This document shows positions 1-12,570 of a DNA stretch of 64,000 bases, one piece after another. The DNA lies in contig OZ024742.1 in the NCBI GenBank assembly GCA_964016885.1, positions 310,806,001 to 310,870,000 of the forward strand. The letters are read 5' to 3'. A model generated the notes under the pieces. That model did no database searches. It saw nothing but the letters and a program-made list of their open reading frames with translations, and was not told the origin of the DNA. Made by a program: the position numbers and the translations under genes. Source of the stretch: Eledone cirrhosa (taxonomy: Eukaryota). Position 1 is the first letter of the stretch. Every line of letters starts with the position of its first letter.

Positions 1-242
1 ATATATATATCTGTATATGTATATATATATATATATACACACACCCTTCTTCTCGTGGCATAATGTGGAAGGACACATTCATATGACCTTTCATACACAC
101 ACCAACCAACAAAGACGTACTCGAATAAGCACACAAACATGTTGTCATGTTTCTGGTCACAGAAACACACATAATCGCACCTAACTAAGCACACAAACAT
201 AGCCAGACACACACACAGTCATGCATTAATTAATACACAGAA

Positions 243-978
243 ATGCTAATTGGGAGAGGAAATGGTATATATTTTATCTAATAATTCTAAAGACATGATT
301 TATGATATATTGCTCTGATTATTTAATTTATTAATTCTTCATTGAGCCACAACGTGACCGGTTGCAAAACACATATATATTTATGACTTTATGTTTATGT
401 ATATGTAAATCTTTATATTTAATAATCTCCCGTTAGGTTGAGATACAATTGGGCGATATTGGGCTGCGCTTTCTAGCAACAAGCCTACCCGCCGTAAGCA
501 ACTAATCACATTCTTTCTAACTTGACCACTGCCACGACACGATTCTTAGCCATTTTTTAATCTATTTTTGGCGCGATCACTTTGGAAAATTAAATGTCTA
601 ATTTTGAGTTCGCTCCCGATAGTCTGATACTCTGGACGTATCCTATTATTGGATGTCTAAAAATACGGACGAAACCATGGTAGAGATATAATTACGGTAT
701 GTACACATTTCTTCTAAGTTTGAATTTACACCTAATTGTGTATGGTTGACGGTATATTTAGTCAATTTCTACATGCCGTTGAAATGTTGGATAAATACTC
801 TATCTAAGGGCCACCGCGAAGAGGCCGCTTTCGGTTATTTGTCGGAAATTTCTTCATAGGAGCCTTTATTCTTATAGCTTGGTCTAATTGATTTTTTTAT
901 ATGGTTAATTATGCTAATTGGGAGAGGAAATGGTATATATATTATCTAATGATTCTAAAGATATGATTTATGATATAT
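243..978 (+). mobile_element. 668-bp monomer with 68-bp terminal direct repeat and degenerate HHR-like motif (PLE pLTR/retrozyme-like)
   Basis: atgctaattgggagaggaaatggtatata...tatgatatat at 243-310 and 911-978; ctc-CCGATA-gtctg...cggac-GAAA-ccatgg-TA-gag at 613-685. Confidence 0.5.
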
Positions 979-982
979 CTAT

Positions 983-2152
983 CTAAGGCGGGTAAAATTC
1001 CCGAGATCCATGGACGAGTTCTCTCCAGCGGTCTCTGTCCCTCATTATCGCTGCCATATCCTGCATCTCCAACAGACCAGTGTCTGTCCTTAGGGCATCA
1101 ACATATGTTAACCTTGGTCTTCCTCTTCTAGTGTGTCCATGTAGGGGCTCCCAAAGGAGCACTGAGTGCAATGTCAACTCTGGATGTCGGTGAGCATGTC
1201 CAGCCAACCTCAGTCTCCTCTGTGTCACTTTTGAGCTGACTTTTGGGATGCTCCCATACAGCTCTGAGTTTTTCATCCTCAGTGTATACTGATTAATGTT
1301 CAGAGCCATCCTCAGCATTCTCGTGTAGCACCCATCCACCATCTGAGTGAGTCTCTTGGTCAGTGTCCAAGTCTCAGACCCATACAGCAGCACAGACTCC
1401 ACTACAGCAATGAAGAGGCGGATTTTCAGGTCTCTACGAAGGTCCGACTTCCACACCGATCTCAAACTGTGACACGCCGCCCAGGCCTTGCTCTTCCTCC
1501 CAACCACATCATCTTCCGTATTCCCAATCTTTGCTCCCAAATACAGGAAGTCCTCAACCAATTCCAGCGGCTTCCCGCCTACATTAGTGATCCCCTCTGG
1601 CTTCTCAACATTCTCCACCAGATATTTTGTTTTAGTCTCATTCATTCTCAGCCCCACACTCATCGACACAGTCTCAACCTCCCGCATCAAATCCTCTGCC
1701 TCCTTCACTGTATTTGTCACCAAAACTATGTCGTCGGCAAATTCAGCATCCGATACCTTTTTCGCCCCAACTCTCCTGCTCTGAGCCGGTGCTACAGTAA
1801 AGCCAGTGTCCTGGTATTTCTCCAGTGCAAGGCGCATACAATAGTCCACTACGATGATAAAAAGGTAGGGAGCCAATGTATCTCCCTGGAGCACTCCAGC
1901 CAGTATCTCAAAGAACTCTGTCATCCCATCAGGTGTAATGACTTGGGCTTTGGTGTTGGTGTAGAGCAGTGATATCAGGTCCACTATCCTCTTGGGGATT
2001 CCATAAGCCTGTAAGATCTTCATCAGGCAGTAACGGTCCACAGAATCAAAGGTCTTCCTAAAGTCAATGAAAACCATGACCGCAGGAAGGCACTTTGCTC
2101 TAGCTCCCTCTAATATCCTCCTCAGCATCAGGATGTGACTGGTGGTTGATCT
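983..2152 (-). mobile_element. RTE-clade non-LTR retrotransposon, 5'-truncated reverse transcriptase ORF (open to stop at 983)
   Basis: RT motifs FIDFRKTFDSV, GVLQGDTLAPYLF, EFADD, FLYLG, LLYGSETWTLT, RGRPR C-terminus. The N-terminal IYIY of the listed ORF is just the (TA)n at 2153-2211. Confidence 0.92.
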
Positions 2153-2153
2153 A

Positions 2154-2210
<57 letters not shown>

Positions 2211-2215
<5 letters not shown>

Positions 2216-3506
2216 TGTGCGGGTGATATTTGTTCGCAAGATTACTGTCTAGGAAAAAGTAACACAGTAGTTTTATTTTTTAAGATATACAGGGTGTGGA
2301 CGATATCTGTTCGCAATTTTCAACTGCTAATTTTATGCAAATATTTTTTACTTCCGTTGTCACTCTTGTCTTCATAAAAACACTGACTATATTTCCATTA
2401 TCTATTTTCAGAATAACTGATTATGAATAATTTTGAACCTTCAGATTTGTGGAAGAGACACGGAGTTCTTCTTGGAATCCGCGCCGGGAGGACAAATAAG
2501 GAAATTTCAGACTTTCTCAGCGTCAACAGGAGAATAGTGGAAAAGGTCAGAAAGGAATTGGAAGATTCAGGATTCGACTATGAAGCAACACCAGAGAGGA
2601 AAACATGATCGACGATCTGACGCCTTCAGAACACCTGAGTCGTCGCTGAAGTTCAGGATATCATCAACAATGAACCTAGCAAGTCGATGCGTGCCATTGC
2701 AAGGGAGAAAGGCGTGGATGAAAAGCTCATTAGGCTGGTGGTACATGAATACAATCGCTACGTTTTATACAAGATGAGGAAAGGACAATTTCTGTCAAAG
2801 GCGATGCAAGAAAAGCGACTGAAGCACGCAAAGAAGCTGATCAACAAGTTGAAACACCCACTGGAGCCAGACATGCTGTGGTTTTTCTCCGACGAGAAAA
2901 ACTTCTGCTAAGACCAGAAGAACAACTCCCTGAACAACAGGTGGCTCGCTGTCTCATCCAAAGATGTGTCCAGAGTCATGCAGACAAAGTTTCCAGCGAC
3001 AACATTGGTCTTAAGTGTCGTCAGCAGTGAATGTGACGTCATGCCACCTTACTTCTTCCCTGAGCGCCTTAAGCTGAACACCAATGGCTACATCCGCGTT
3101 CTGAGCGAGGTAGTAAAGCCCTGGATCGACTAGGTAGCTGCAGGTAGGCCGTACGTGTGGCAGCAAGACTCAGCGCCCTGCCATACCAGCTGAAAGACCC
3201 AAGCCTGGCAGTCAGAGAACTTCGTCGACCACACTTCACCTGACATCTGGCCTCCCAGATCGCCTGACTGCAACCCCCTCGACTTCTTTGTGTGGGGCGC
3301 AGTGGAATGAGACACCAACAGATCTAGCTGCAATACGAAATACGATCTGAAGGCCAGGAGCACAAGTGCCTTTAAGTCGGGGGACAGTGACGAAGGCCTG
3401 TAGCCGGTTCCGAGGCCGCCTTGAGGCCGTCATCAAAGCCAATGACGGGTTTATCGAGTGAGATCGAAAGAACAAGTCATGAAGACAAACTGACCCAAGT
3501 TTGATA

Positions 3507-3510
<4 letters not shown>
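2211..3510 (+). mobile_element. Tc1/mariner DNA transposon, maT (DD37D) type, degenerate
   Basis: Left TIR-like TA+CAGGGTG at 2288 (second TIR-like copy at 2211); transposase remnant follows; right TIR not found, (TA)n instead. Confidence 0.85.
2423..3461 (+). pseudogene. DD37D transposase pseudogene (frameshifts, several stops)
   Basis: WFFSDEKNF...WQQDSAPCH...[17 protein letters not shown]; 37 codons between 2nd and 3rd D counted by hand; ends [21 protein letters not shown]. Confidence 0.9.
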
Positions 3511-3558
<48 letters not shown>

Positions 3559-3571
3559 ATATGTATATGTG

Positions 3572-3640
<69 letters not shown>

Positions 3641-4279
3641 GTGTGTGTATGAAAGTGTATGTATATGTGCCCTAACGTGTTTATCATCTATAAGTATATG
3701 TATGTGATTGCTTTTATGTATGTGAGCAGAGAACATGCCCGCTCTCATGCGTTTTCATCTATGTGTATATGCATATGTGTGGGTGTTTAGGTTTATATGT
3801 TTATGTGTTTACGCGTTTGTTAGTCAATGCGTGTCAGTGTGTACGTCCTTTTGTCTCTAAGTGTGTATTATTGTATGTATGTTAGTATGTGTGTGAAAGT
3901 TGGATTATATGTATATGTTTGTGCGTGTATATGTTTGTACCTGCATGTGTGCGTGTATACTAGTCTACATGTGTGAATGTCGCTGCTATCGTTCTATCTC
4001 TTTCTGTGTATTAATTAATGCATGACTGTGTGTGTGTCTGGCTATGTCTGTGTGCTTAGTTAGGTGCGATTATGTGTGTTTCTGTGACCAGAAACATGAC
4101 AAGGTGAGAGAAAGGGGGAATTTGGGAATCTAAATGAGAAACATATGCAACACAAGTCCTTGAGTGCGTCCACATCAGAGAAGCAGCCATCTTAGTGGTG
4201 GTGAGCTGCTGTCTCCGTACCTATCTTGTTACCAGAACATAGCTACTCTTCTCACAACCACCACACACTGGCGACACAC

Positions 4280-4291
4280 ACTCTCACCCTC

Positions 4292-4332
<41 letters not shown>

Positions 4333-4464
4333 CCTTCTCTCTCTCTCGCTCCCTTTCTCTCTTTCTCCCCCTCTCTCTCTCTATTTCTCTCTCTCTTTCT
4401 TTCTTTCCCTATCTCTCTCTCCCTCTCTCTATTTCCCTCTCACCCTCTTCCTCTCTCTCTCGCT

Positions 4465-4508
<44 letters not shown>

Positions 4509-4606
4509 CCATCTCTCTCTCTCTCTCGCTCCCTTTCTCTCTTTCTCCCCCTCTCTCTCTCTATTTCTCTCTCTCTTTCTTTCTTTCCCTATCTCTCCCT
4601 CTCTCT
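4280..4606. repeat. (CT)n-rich low-complexity tract with internal duplication
   Basis: Direct reading. Confidence 0.95.
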
Positions 4607-4750
4607 TACATGTTATGTCTGACAAAACTAAAAAGCTATACACCATGACTCCTGAAACTTACAACTCTTTCCTTCTTAAGGAACTTAATAAAAACTATAA
4701 AAAAAACTATACCCTCCAGTGTAAACGTACTTAACCGAAAAGCCCAGGCT

Positions 4751-6774
4751 TTGGTTAAGGACTTGCATCTGGATAGATTTACCGACCCTTATGTACCAAC
4801 AACCCTAAGGTTCTCTCTCAAGGATCATAAGCCAAACTTTATAGAGAACCCATCTATTAGACTTATAAGCCCAACCACACCCGACCTGAGTCGTATCAGT
4901 AAGAACATCCTTCATAGGATAATCCCTGGGCTACGGGATGATATCACCTACAAGTTGTGGTCCAACAGCGGCCAAGTCATTAGATGGTTCTCCAATCTAA
5001 GGTCCAAGCAATCTATGAGGTTCATTCAATTTGACATCGACAGCTATTACGCTTCAATAACCCCGGAACTGCTCAACAAAGCATTAACCCTAGCCAGCAC
5101 CAACTCGGACATAACCAATAATGAGATTAACATCATACTTATGGCTAGGAAGACCATCATTGAATTCAACGGAGCACTCTGGACTAGAAAAGATAGAACA
5201 GACCACTTTGACATCACGATGGGCTCAAGTGACTCTGCGCAAATCACCGATTTAGTTGGAATTTACCTATTACATAACATCAGAGCCGAAATCCAACCCT
5301 TGCAAGGCGGAATATACAGGGATGACGCCCTATTTGCAGTCCACAATTGCACTAATCGGGGCATTGATTTACTAAAAAAACAATTACATAGATTCTTTAA
5401 AAATAACGGTCTCTCTATCACCATCGAGCCGAACCATAAAGTAGTAAACTTCCTAGACGTCACCCCGGACCTCAACAATAACCTATATTACCCTTACCAT
5501 AAACCAGGTGAAATACTCACATATATTAGCCCACACTCTAACCATCCACCGGCAGTCATCAGAGCAGTAATCAAATCTATCTCGTATAGGATCTCCATGC
5601 TATCAGCAAATGAGGAGATATTTATAAACCATGCACAATATTATAATAAGGCTCTTTCTGAATCTGGTTATGAACAATCCATTTACTACATACCTAAATG
5701 CCATAACACAGCAATTCACCATAATAAACTTAACACTAGAACTAGAAATACCTTAGCATATAGCCAGATTCGCCGGAATTTTAGCAGTAACAGCACCTAT
5801 ACAGGGAAGTTTAAAGGCGGCAGCGGCCTGCTCCCCACTCCAAGTAGCAAACTAAAAATCAATCCTAGAATAGAAATGAGAAATGGGATGACAAATAACA
5901 CATCCCCAGGTAATAATAACCCTAGGAAGGCCCCTACCAACTCCACTAGAACCCCTAGAAGGAATAGACCAAGAAATATCACCTGGCTTAACCCACCATT
6001 CTCATCTAATCTAGCCACTAATATCCCTAAACGCTTCTTCTCTATCCTATCTAAACATTTCCACCCAACCATAGATATTACAAACTCTTTAATAAAAATA
6101 ACATTAAAATCTCATAAAATAACATTAAAATCAACACCTAACCTAGCTAGCCACATCGCATTCAGTAATCACCATAAACTAAGACAGTATAACTCCCACA
6201 CCGCGGTACCACCACCCCTATCAAATACACCACGCCACTACACCAATAATTACTCTAGTAGCACACCTCCCCCATCTAATCCTTCTAGCACTGACCAACC
6301 GCTTAGGTTAAACTACCCTACTCTCACTAATCGCAGAAGCAACTGCAACTGCCGTTACCCTAATGCATGCCCATTAAATGGACACTGCCTGACACCCAAC
6401 ATAGTCTATAGGTGTACGGTTAAAACTGCTTCGAATACCAGCTCTTATATCGGGTCTACCTTAACCCTTTTAAGGTACGCTATAACGCGCACTCTTTTTC
6501 TTTCCGAGACCCTAGCAACAGATGTTCGACATCTCTAGCTAGGCTCATTAAAAACCTTAAATTAAGCAACATTGAACACTCACTAAAATGGGATATCGTA
6601 GCTAGGGCCCAACCGTTCAATCGACGAAGAAAATCTTGTGATCTCTGTATTACCGAAGCATATTACATAACTCTATCACGACCTCTACCGATTAACGATA
6701 GAACGGAGGTAACAATTAGCTGTCAACATCGAAGGGCTAATTCCTTCGCCAATAGAATATTTGACCCAACATAG
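4751..6774 (+). pseudogene. PLE RT-GIY-YIG polyprotein, frameshifted (near 4700, about 6070-6120 and about 6470)
   Basis: ORF 4751-6538 plus continuation in another frame (FKVRYNAHSFSF...LKWDIVARAQPF...CDLCITEA...CQHRR). Confidence 0.85.
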
Positions 6775-7139
6775 TCATCTAGCCCCATTTTTACTTGTAG
6801 CTAATAAGTTAAATAGCTATAACTAACTTAGATAATTATATTATTGTCTCTCAATTAAAAAATTAAAAAATTAGCACTTAACTATAAACTACCCACAATT
6901 TCTAATCACTCGAGGAGTTACTTCCTCCGAAACCACCCTCTAATTAGTTAGGTAAATATGTCCTTTGGCGGCCATCTTGTTACCCATAGGCAGATCTCAC
7001 ACAATGCAGCCTCGACAGATGAATACTGCTTGATTGTGGCTGACAATTGATACAACCAGGACACCATAGTGAAATACCAATATATGGAACATTACATTAT
7101 GTAACATTCTCTCCTTGTTTTAATTTATATTCCTTTGAA

Positions 7140-7258
7140 GTTCCGATGAGCCGCTCTGTTTTTAAATATGTTAATTATTTTCAACTGAACCAGATCAATA
7201 ATGATATATAGTCATCTGATCCAGAAATATTATATGGAGTAGCGAAACAATTGTAAAC
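7140..7258 (+). ncRNA. Hammerhead-like motif (CCGAUGA variant, long loop II) in PLE 3' region
   Basis: gtt-CCGATGA-gccgctc...(about 80 nt)...gagtagc-GAAA-caattg-TA-aac. Confidence 0.45.
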
Positions 7259-7383
7259 GTACATTATTATTATTAATATTATTATTATTATTCTCTAAAT
7301 TCCTTACATCAAACTAAAATGTGTTGACAATTTTTTAATAATGTCTTCCTTGTGAAATTTGTGGTCTTGTTTTGCTTAACTAA

Positions 7384-7412
<29 letters not shown>

Positions 7413-7418
<6 letters not shown>

Positions 7419-8030
7419 GAAAAGTATAGAAATTATTGTAGCAAGAAGCCAACAGTATTCCATAATATATAAGTGACTATAGCGTCAAAATGGAAAAATA
7501 GTTAACGTAAGATGTGGGAAAATAATTCAAACTCAATTCAAAAAGAATTAGCATATAGATTCATCCACAGAATTTGGTGAATTCCAAGGAAAAATCAATA
7601 GAGCCTTAAGTCAGAATAAAATAAAGTTTAAAATACTCATCCTTCAATTTGGAAAAACTACAAATGCTCTGTATAGTCTTAAAGACTATTTCACGAAACT
7701 TTCAGTGGGGATGATCACGGTTTGAGCTCAAAGACACGATAACTAAAGTACCACTGTTTATAATATGCCACAAAGGGAATTTAAAAGCAGGTTAGTTCAA
7801 CATCATGCGTAATTATGAAGAAAAACGCACATGTAGAGACAGGGCTAGTGACGTCAGAATGAGACGAATGTCTGTTTACATGAAACAACAGTCAAAAACA
7901 TTCCGAAAATAACTCTACAATATAAGTAGTTCAGCAAAAGCAATATTATCGAGGTTTATTTTTTAAGAAGACCGGGATTAGTCAGAAAAAAATTTTAAGC
8001 ACTCTAGGAAAGAAATCTGAGTATAAATAT
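7413..8030 (-). mobile_element. Diverged single monomer of the 630-bp HHR repeat family (5' half of core deleted)
   Basis: Reverse complement matches the 31180-33370 unit end to end (GAAAtagtctttaagactaTAcagagc, ctgacgtcactagccc, ctagagtgctt). Confidence 0.85.
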
Positions 8031-8041
8031 ACACAGCAATA

Positions 8042-8157
<116 letters not shown>

Positions 8158-8158
8158 G

Positions 8159-8220
<62 letters not shown>

Positions 8221-8581
8221 TCTATGAAAAGAGGGAGAAAGAGACGATTATGAGGAAGAAAAATATTTTTTTTCCTTTTTTTGTGTCTCTCTCTCTCTTT
8301 TTTCTGGGTTAGAAAATGATTAAAACGAAATGTTTTACTTTGTGTGAAGTGTTAAGGTATTAGTTGATTTATTTATTATTTAACAATGGCATTTATTTAT
8401 CTATTTATATATTTAATTATTGTCTATTACCGGTTTCTGCATTTATATACATTATCAAATGATAGTGAAATGTATTAGTGTGGTGTCGCACATGTTAAAC
8501 AGAAGGTGCAGAAAGAATAATGTTATATACAAACAAGGTTTAAGAAGTGAAAAGAAAAAAGAAAAAGGAAAAAAACCGTGC

Positions 8582-8617
<36 letters not shown>

Positions 8618-8619
<2 letters not shown>

Positions 8620-8798
8620 CGAATGAAATGTGGTAAGGGACCAGATGGACCATAAGCACCAAAGTACTCAATACTTAGAGTAGTAGAGTGGGTAATAGGA
8701 ACGAGTAGGACCTCGACGGCTGAGCTCACGCCGTTTCGACGCTGACCAGAATTAGCCGTCGAAACGGCTTGACCTCAGCCGTCGGGGTCCTACTCGTT

Positions 8799-8803
<5 letters not shown>
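8618..8803 (-). mobile_element. Family A fold-back element (HHR 3' half, inverted arm, tail)
   Basis: Homologous to 29467-29904; tail 8618-8694, inverted arm ends gttcctat at 8803 against (TA)n. Confidence 0.9.
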
Positions 8804-8868
<65 letters not shown>

Positions 8869-9148
8869 TGTGTATGTATGTGTGTGTGTGTGAGTATTGC
8901 TGTGTGTGCTTAATACATATTTCATTTATTATCTAATCAATTTAAACGTCCGTGTAGAGTTGGTAATATTCATTATAAATGAAAGACGGGTTAGATAATC
9001 GTCACAACTTAGTTACCTTTAATCATTCCTGCCAAATTAAGAAACAAAAAAACTAGATTGAAAAAGAGAAAGAGAAATAAATAAGGCGACAAAAGGGACA
9101 AAATATGACAAAGGTGAAAAGGAGCACACACACACACACACACATATG

Positions 9149-9203
<55 letters not shown>

Positions 9204-9208
9204 TTATA

Positions 9209-9273
<65 letters not shown>

Positions 9274-9595
9274 ACAAATTTGAGTATGTGCTGGTTAATT
9301 ACCGACACATCTGTATACAATCAACGCTGTGAGCAGGTGGATCTGTTTACTCCAGGGATTATATTTATAAACAAGAAGTGTAAGTCAACATGTTAAGATT
9401 AACTTCGTTTATCCATATTCGCTGTTATATATATTTGGTTGATAACCATTATTCAACAGCTATGACCTCATCAGACAGGTGGAATTTGAACAGAAAAACA
9501 TAACAATGGAATAAAGTTTGCTTGTTATTTCGATTTTTTATATGGTCAGTGCTGAAGTATGGTGTTGTTTTCTCACCACTAGTCGCATATCTAAA

Positions 9596-9646
<51 letters not shown>

Positions 9647-9665
9647 GTGTATATATATATATATA

Positions 9666-11026
9666 TTTCTTTTATTTGCCACTAGGGCATCAAAAGTGGG
9701 ACAAGTACAATGGGGGGAGTTTACACAAAAAGGCGTCCTCAATAAGGAGGCAATAACAAAATATAAAAATAAAATAAGATATAACAAAAAATAAAATTTT
9801 TAACAAAATCCTCAATAGAGAGGAGGCGCCTTGGGGGGTCGCACACACCCCCGAAAAAAGTGTGCAACCCTTCTCCTCAGGAGCACAGAGAAGGGGTGCT
9901 CCCTTGGTCTTTCATCTTCCTCACCTATAGTCTGATGTAGAGTGAAGGCCCATTCACACGGGCCATTCTCGCCACTTTCACCCATCTTTCATAGAAACGG
10001 CTGGGGTGCAGCACCTTTCTCTCCATCCTGATCCTTCTTCCGAAATGATAACGGAAGAAACGGACCAGTTGTTGGCCAGAGAGAAAGGTGCCTGACCTCA
10101 GTCCTTTCAGACGCGTCCACCATACAACCTCTTTCGCCATGGCTATTACGCACAGAAACACCGCCTCTGCTTCATCTTTGAAGGGGGGAGGCGGCTTGAT
10201 CATTACAATAGACTCGGTGGTCAACCGGATCGGTCCCACCCTTGACAGCAGTTGTTCGACATAGCCCCACAGATCGGCTACGCCCGAGCAGTGTACCAAT
10301 GCGTGTGCAACGGTTTCCTCGTCGCACACGCATCTGGGACAGATCTTTTTGGCGGGGTCCCTACCCGGGCGCCCGTGTCTGTAGAGCCTTTCTCGGACGG
10401 GTAAAGCCCCTCGGTAGCACTGCCAGGCCAGGGACTTCTGGAAGTTGTCCATAGGTCCCGGGCCGAATGTCCTACCGAACAGGCTGGCCAGTTCGTCCTC
10501 CTCCATGTCTAGGGCTTCTCCGAGGGCGTCGTCGCACCTGCTGCGTACAAGCCCTCTATAGAATGTTGCGGTGGAGTCTCCACTGATAACCGGATCCGCC
10601 TGCCAGAGGGCGGTGAGCGCCTGAGCACACGCAGTGTGCCAGGCGCCCAGTTTTCTCGGTCTTTGCTTGACCCAGGATTGCAGCTCGGTGAGTGAGACGA
10701 GTCTGGGAAAGGTTCGTCTCACAAACGAGGCCCACACCGGTTGTCCGGTGAGGAATACGTAGAGGTGCCGTAGCCTTAATGCGTGTTTACGCATCATTAG
10801 CCACGGCATCCCCAGCCCTCCTTTCGAAGGGTGTTGACAGCAGATGGATCTCCTCACCATAGGAGCCCGCTTCTTCCAAAGGAATTGGAAGAGCGCGCGC
10901 TCCATCTTGGTGAGGGTTTCCCTTGGGCAGGGCACTACGGTCAGGCGGTAGTAGATGACGGACGCTATGTAGGTGTTCGCCACCTCCGCCCGACCTTTCA
11001 GGGATAGTTTGCAACTGGCCCACTTC
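9666..11026 (-). mobile_element. Tx1/L1-clade LINE 3' fragment (ORF2 C-terminus with CCHC knuckle, 3' UTR)
   Basis: LSLKGRAEVAN, FQFLW, GGLG, CPRC...ETVAHALVHC; stop at 9925; 3' end gtggcaaataaaagaaat. Confidence 0.88.
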
Positions 11027-11077
<51 letters not shown>

Positions 11078-11090
11078 TAGATATAGATAT

Positions 11091-11393
<303 letters not shown>

Positions 11394-11408
11394 ATATATA
11401 TATATAAG

Positions 11409-11561
<153 letters not shown>

Positions 11562-11567
11562 GTATAC

Positions 11568-11601
<34 letters not shown>

Positions 11602-11755
11602 TGTTATACTTTGGGAGGGTCATGTTGCCAATAAGAAACACACGCACCAGTTGCTTTCACTTCAATTTATTATATATTTATAAATTTACAAATCTACAAA
11701 TTTATAAATTTCTGGTTGGTTGGTTGGTTCCACAACCAGATAGTTGTTTATATAT

Positions 11756-11800
11756 AGTCATAGTCCTTTCGTCACACACTCTGTGACCTCTTCAGTGACT
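11756..11800 (-). ncRNA. Minimal type I hammerhead ribozyme motif
   Basis: Minus strand agtca-CTGAAGA-g-gtcaca gagtg tgtgac-GAAA-ggac-TA-tgact. Confidence 0.65.
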
Positions 11801-12056
11801 GGGGATTCCTTTCTTTGTTTCTGTGCCTTTCCTTTCTTCTGTCCTACGCCATTTTGTTTCTGTGTGTGTGTGGTGTGCTCAGTTTGCGCATGCGCCACAT
11901 CCGGGTGTCGTTATTTGTTTTTATCGTTTCCGCTGAACCGGTGCGTACAATGACTCACGTTCTATGCAAATTAGTCTGCCCACTACTGATTTTCATAGAA
12001 AAAGCATATAACGATATGTGCTTTTACAATTCTCCATAGAAGCCGTAAGGTGGGTA

Positions 12057-12101
12057 AATATTGCTGATGAGATGTAATAACATCGAAACTAGTCCAATAT
12101 T
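12057..12101 (+). ncRNA. Minimal type I hammerhead ribozyme (GUC site, palindromic stem III)
   Basis: aatattg-CTGATGA-gatg taataa catc-GAAA-ctag-TC-caatatt. Confidence 0.85.
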
Positions 12102-12527
12102 CCTGTCTGGCTCTCTGGAGAATAGAGGAAGTGTGTTTCCTTGAAAACTCGTATGACTTTAAAACCCGGTTCGTCTGTTTGTTTACATACAGACTAGCTG
12201 GACACTCACTGTAAAGTGTCTAGTGAAAAACTCGGTACATGTACATATGTATACATGTGTGTATTTATATGCATACTAGTACTTCCGTATACATATGTAA
12301 ATGTACACTTTAACTTAATTGTTTAAGCGTCAGTCATACAAAAGTGAGTTAGAAGCGAAACGAAATTTAATTTCGTTTCGTTATTTGTTTTTATCGTTAC
12401 CGCTGAACCGGTGCGTACAATGACTCACGTTCTATGCAAATTAGTCTGCCCACTACTGATTTTCATAGAAAAAGCATATAACGATATGTGCTTTTACAAT
12501 TCTCCAGAGGAGCCGGAAGATGGGTAT

Positions 12528-12570
12528 ATATTGCTGATGAGATGTAATAACATCGAAACTAGTCCAATAT
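12528..12570 (+). ncRNA. Minimal type I hammerhead ribozyme, second unit
   Basis: atattg-CTGATGA-gatgtaataacatc-GAAA-ctag-TC-caatat. Confidence 0.85.

Larger units (their letters stand above)
4612..7386 (+). mobile_element. Penelope-like retroelement (RT + C-terminal GIY-YIG), 5'-truncated, with 3' pLTR region
   Basis: DKT motif at about 4620, KDHKPNF, FIQFDIDSYY, MGS, YRDD, NFLDVT, SNHPP, CNCRYPNACPLNGHC, IVY...YIG; frameshifted tail WDIV...CDLC...CQH ending TAG 6774; HHR-like motif 7140-7258. Confidence 0.9.

Noticed and set aside
1469-1972. Plus-strand ORFs overlapping RTE, PLE and Tx1 ORFs (also 59260-59649 and others)
   Set aside because: Antisense shadows of TE coding sequence.
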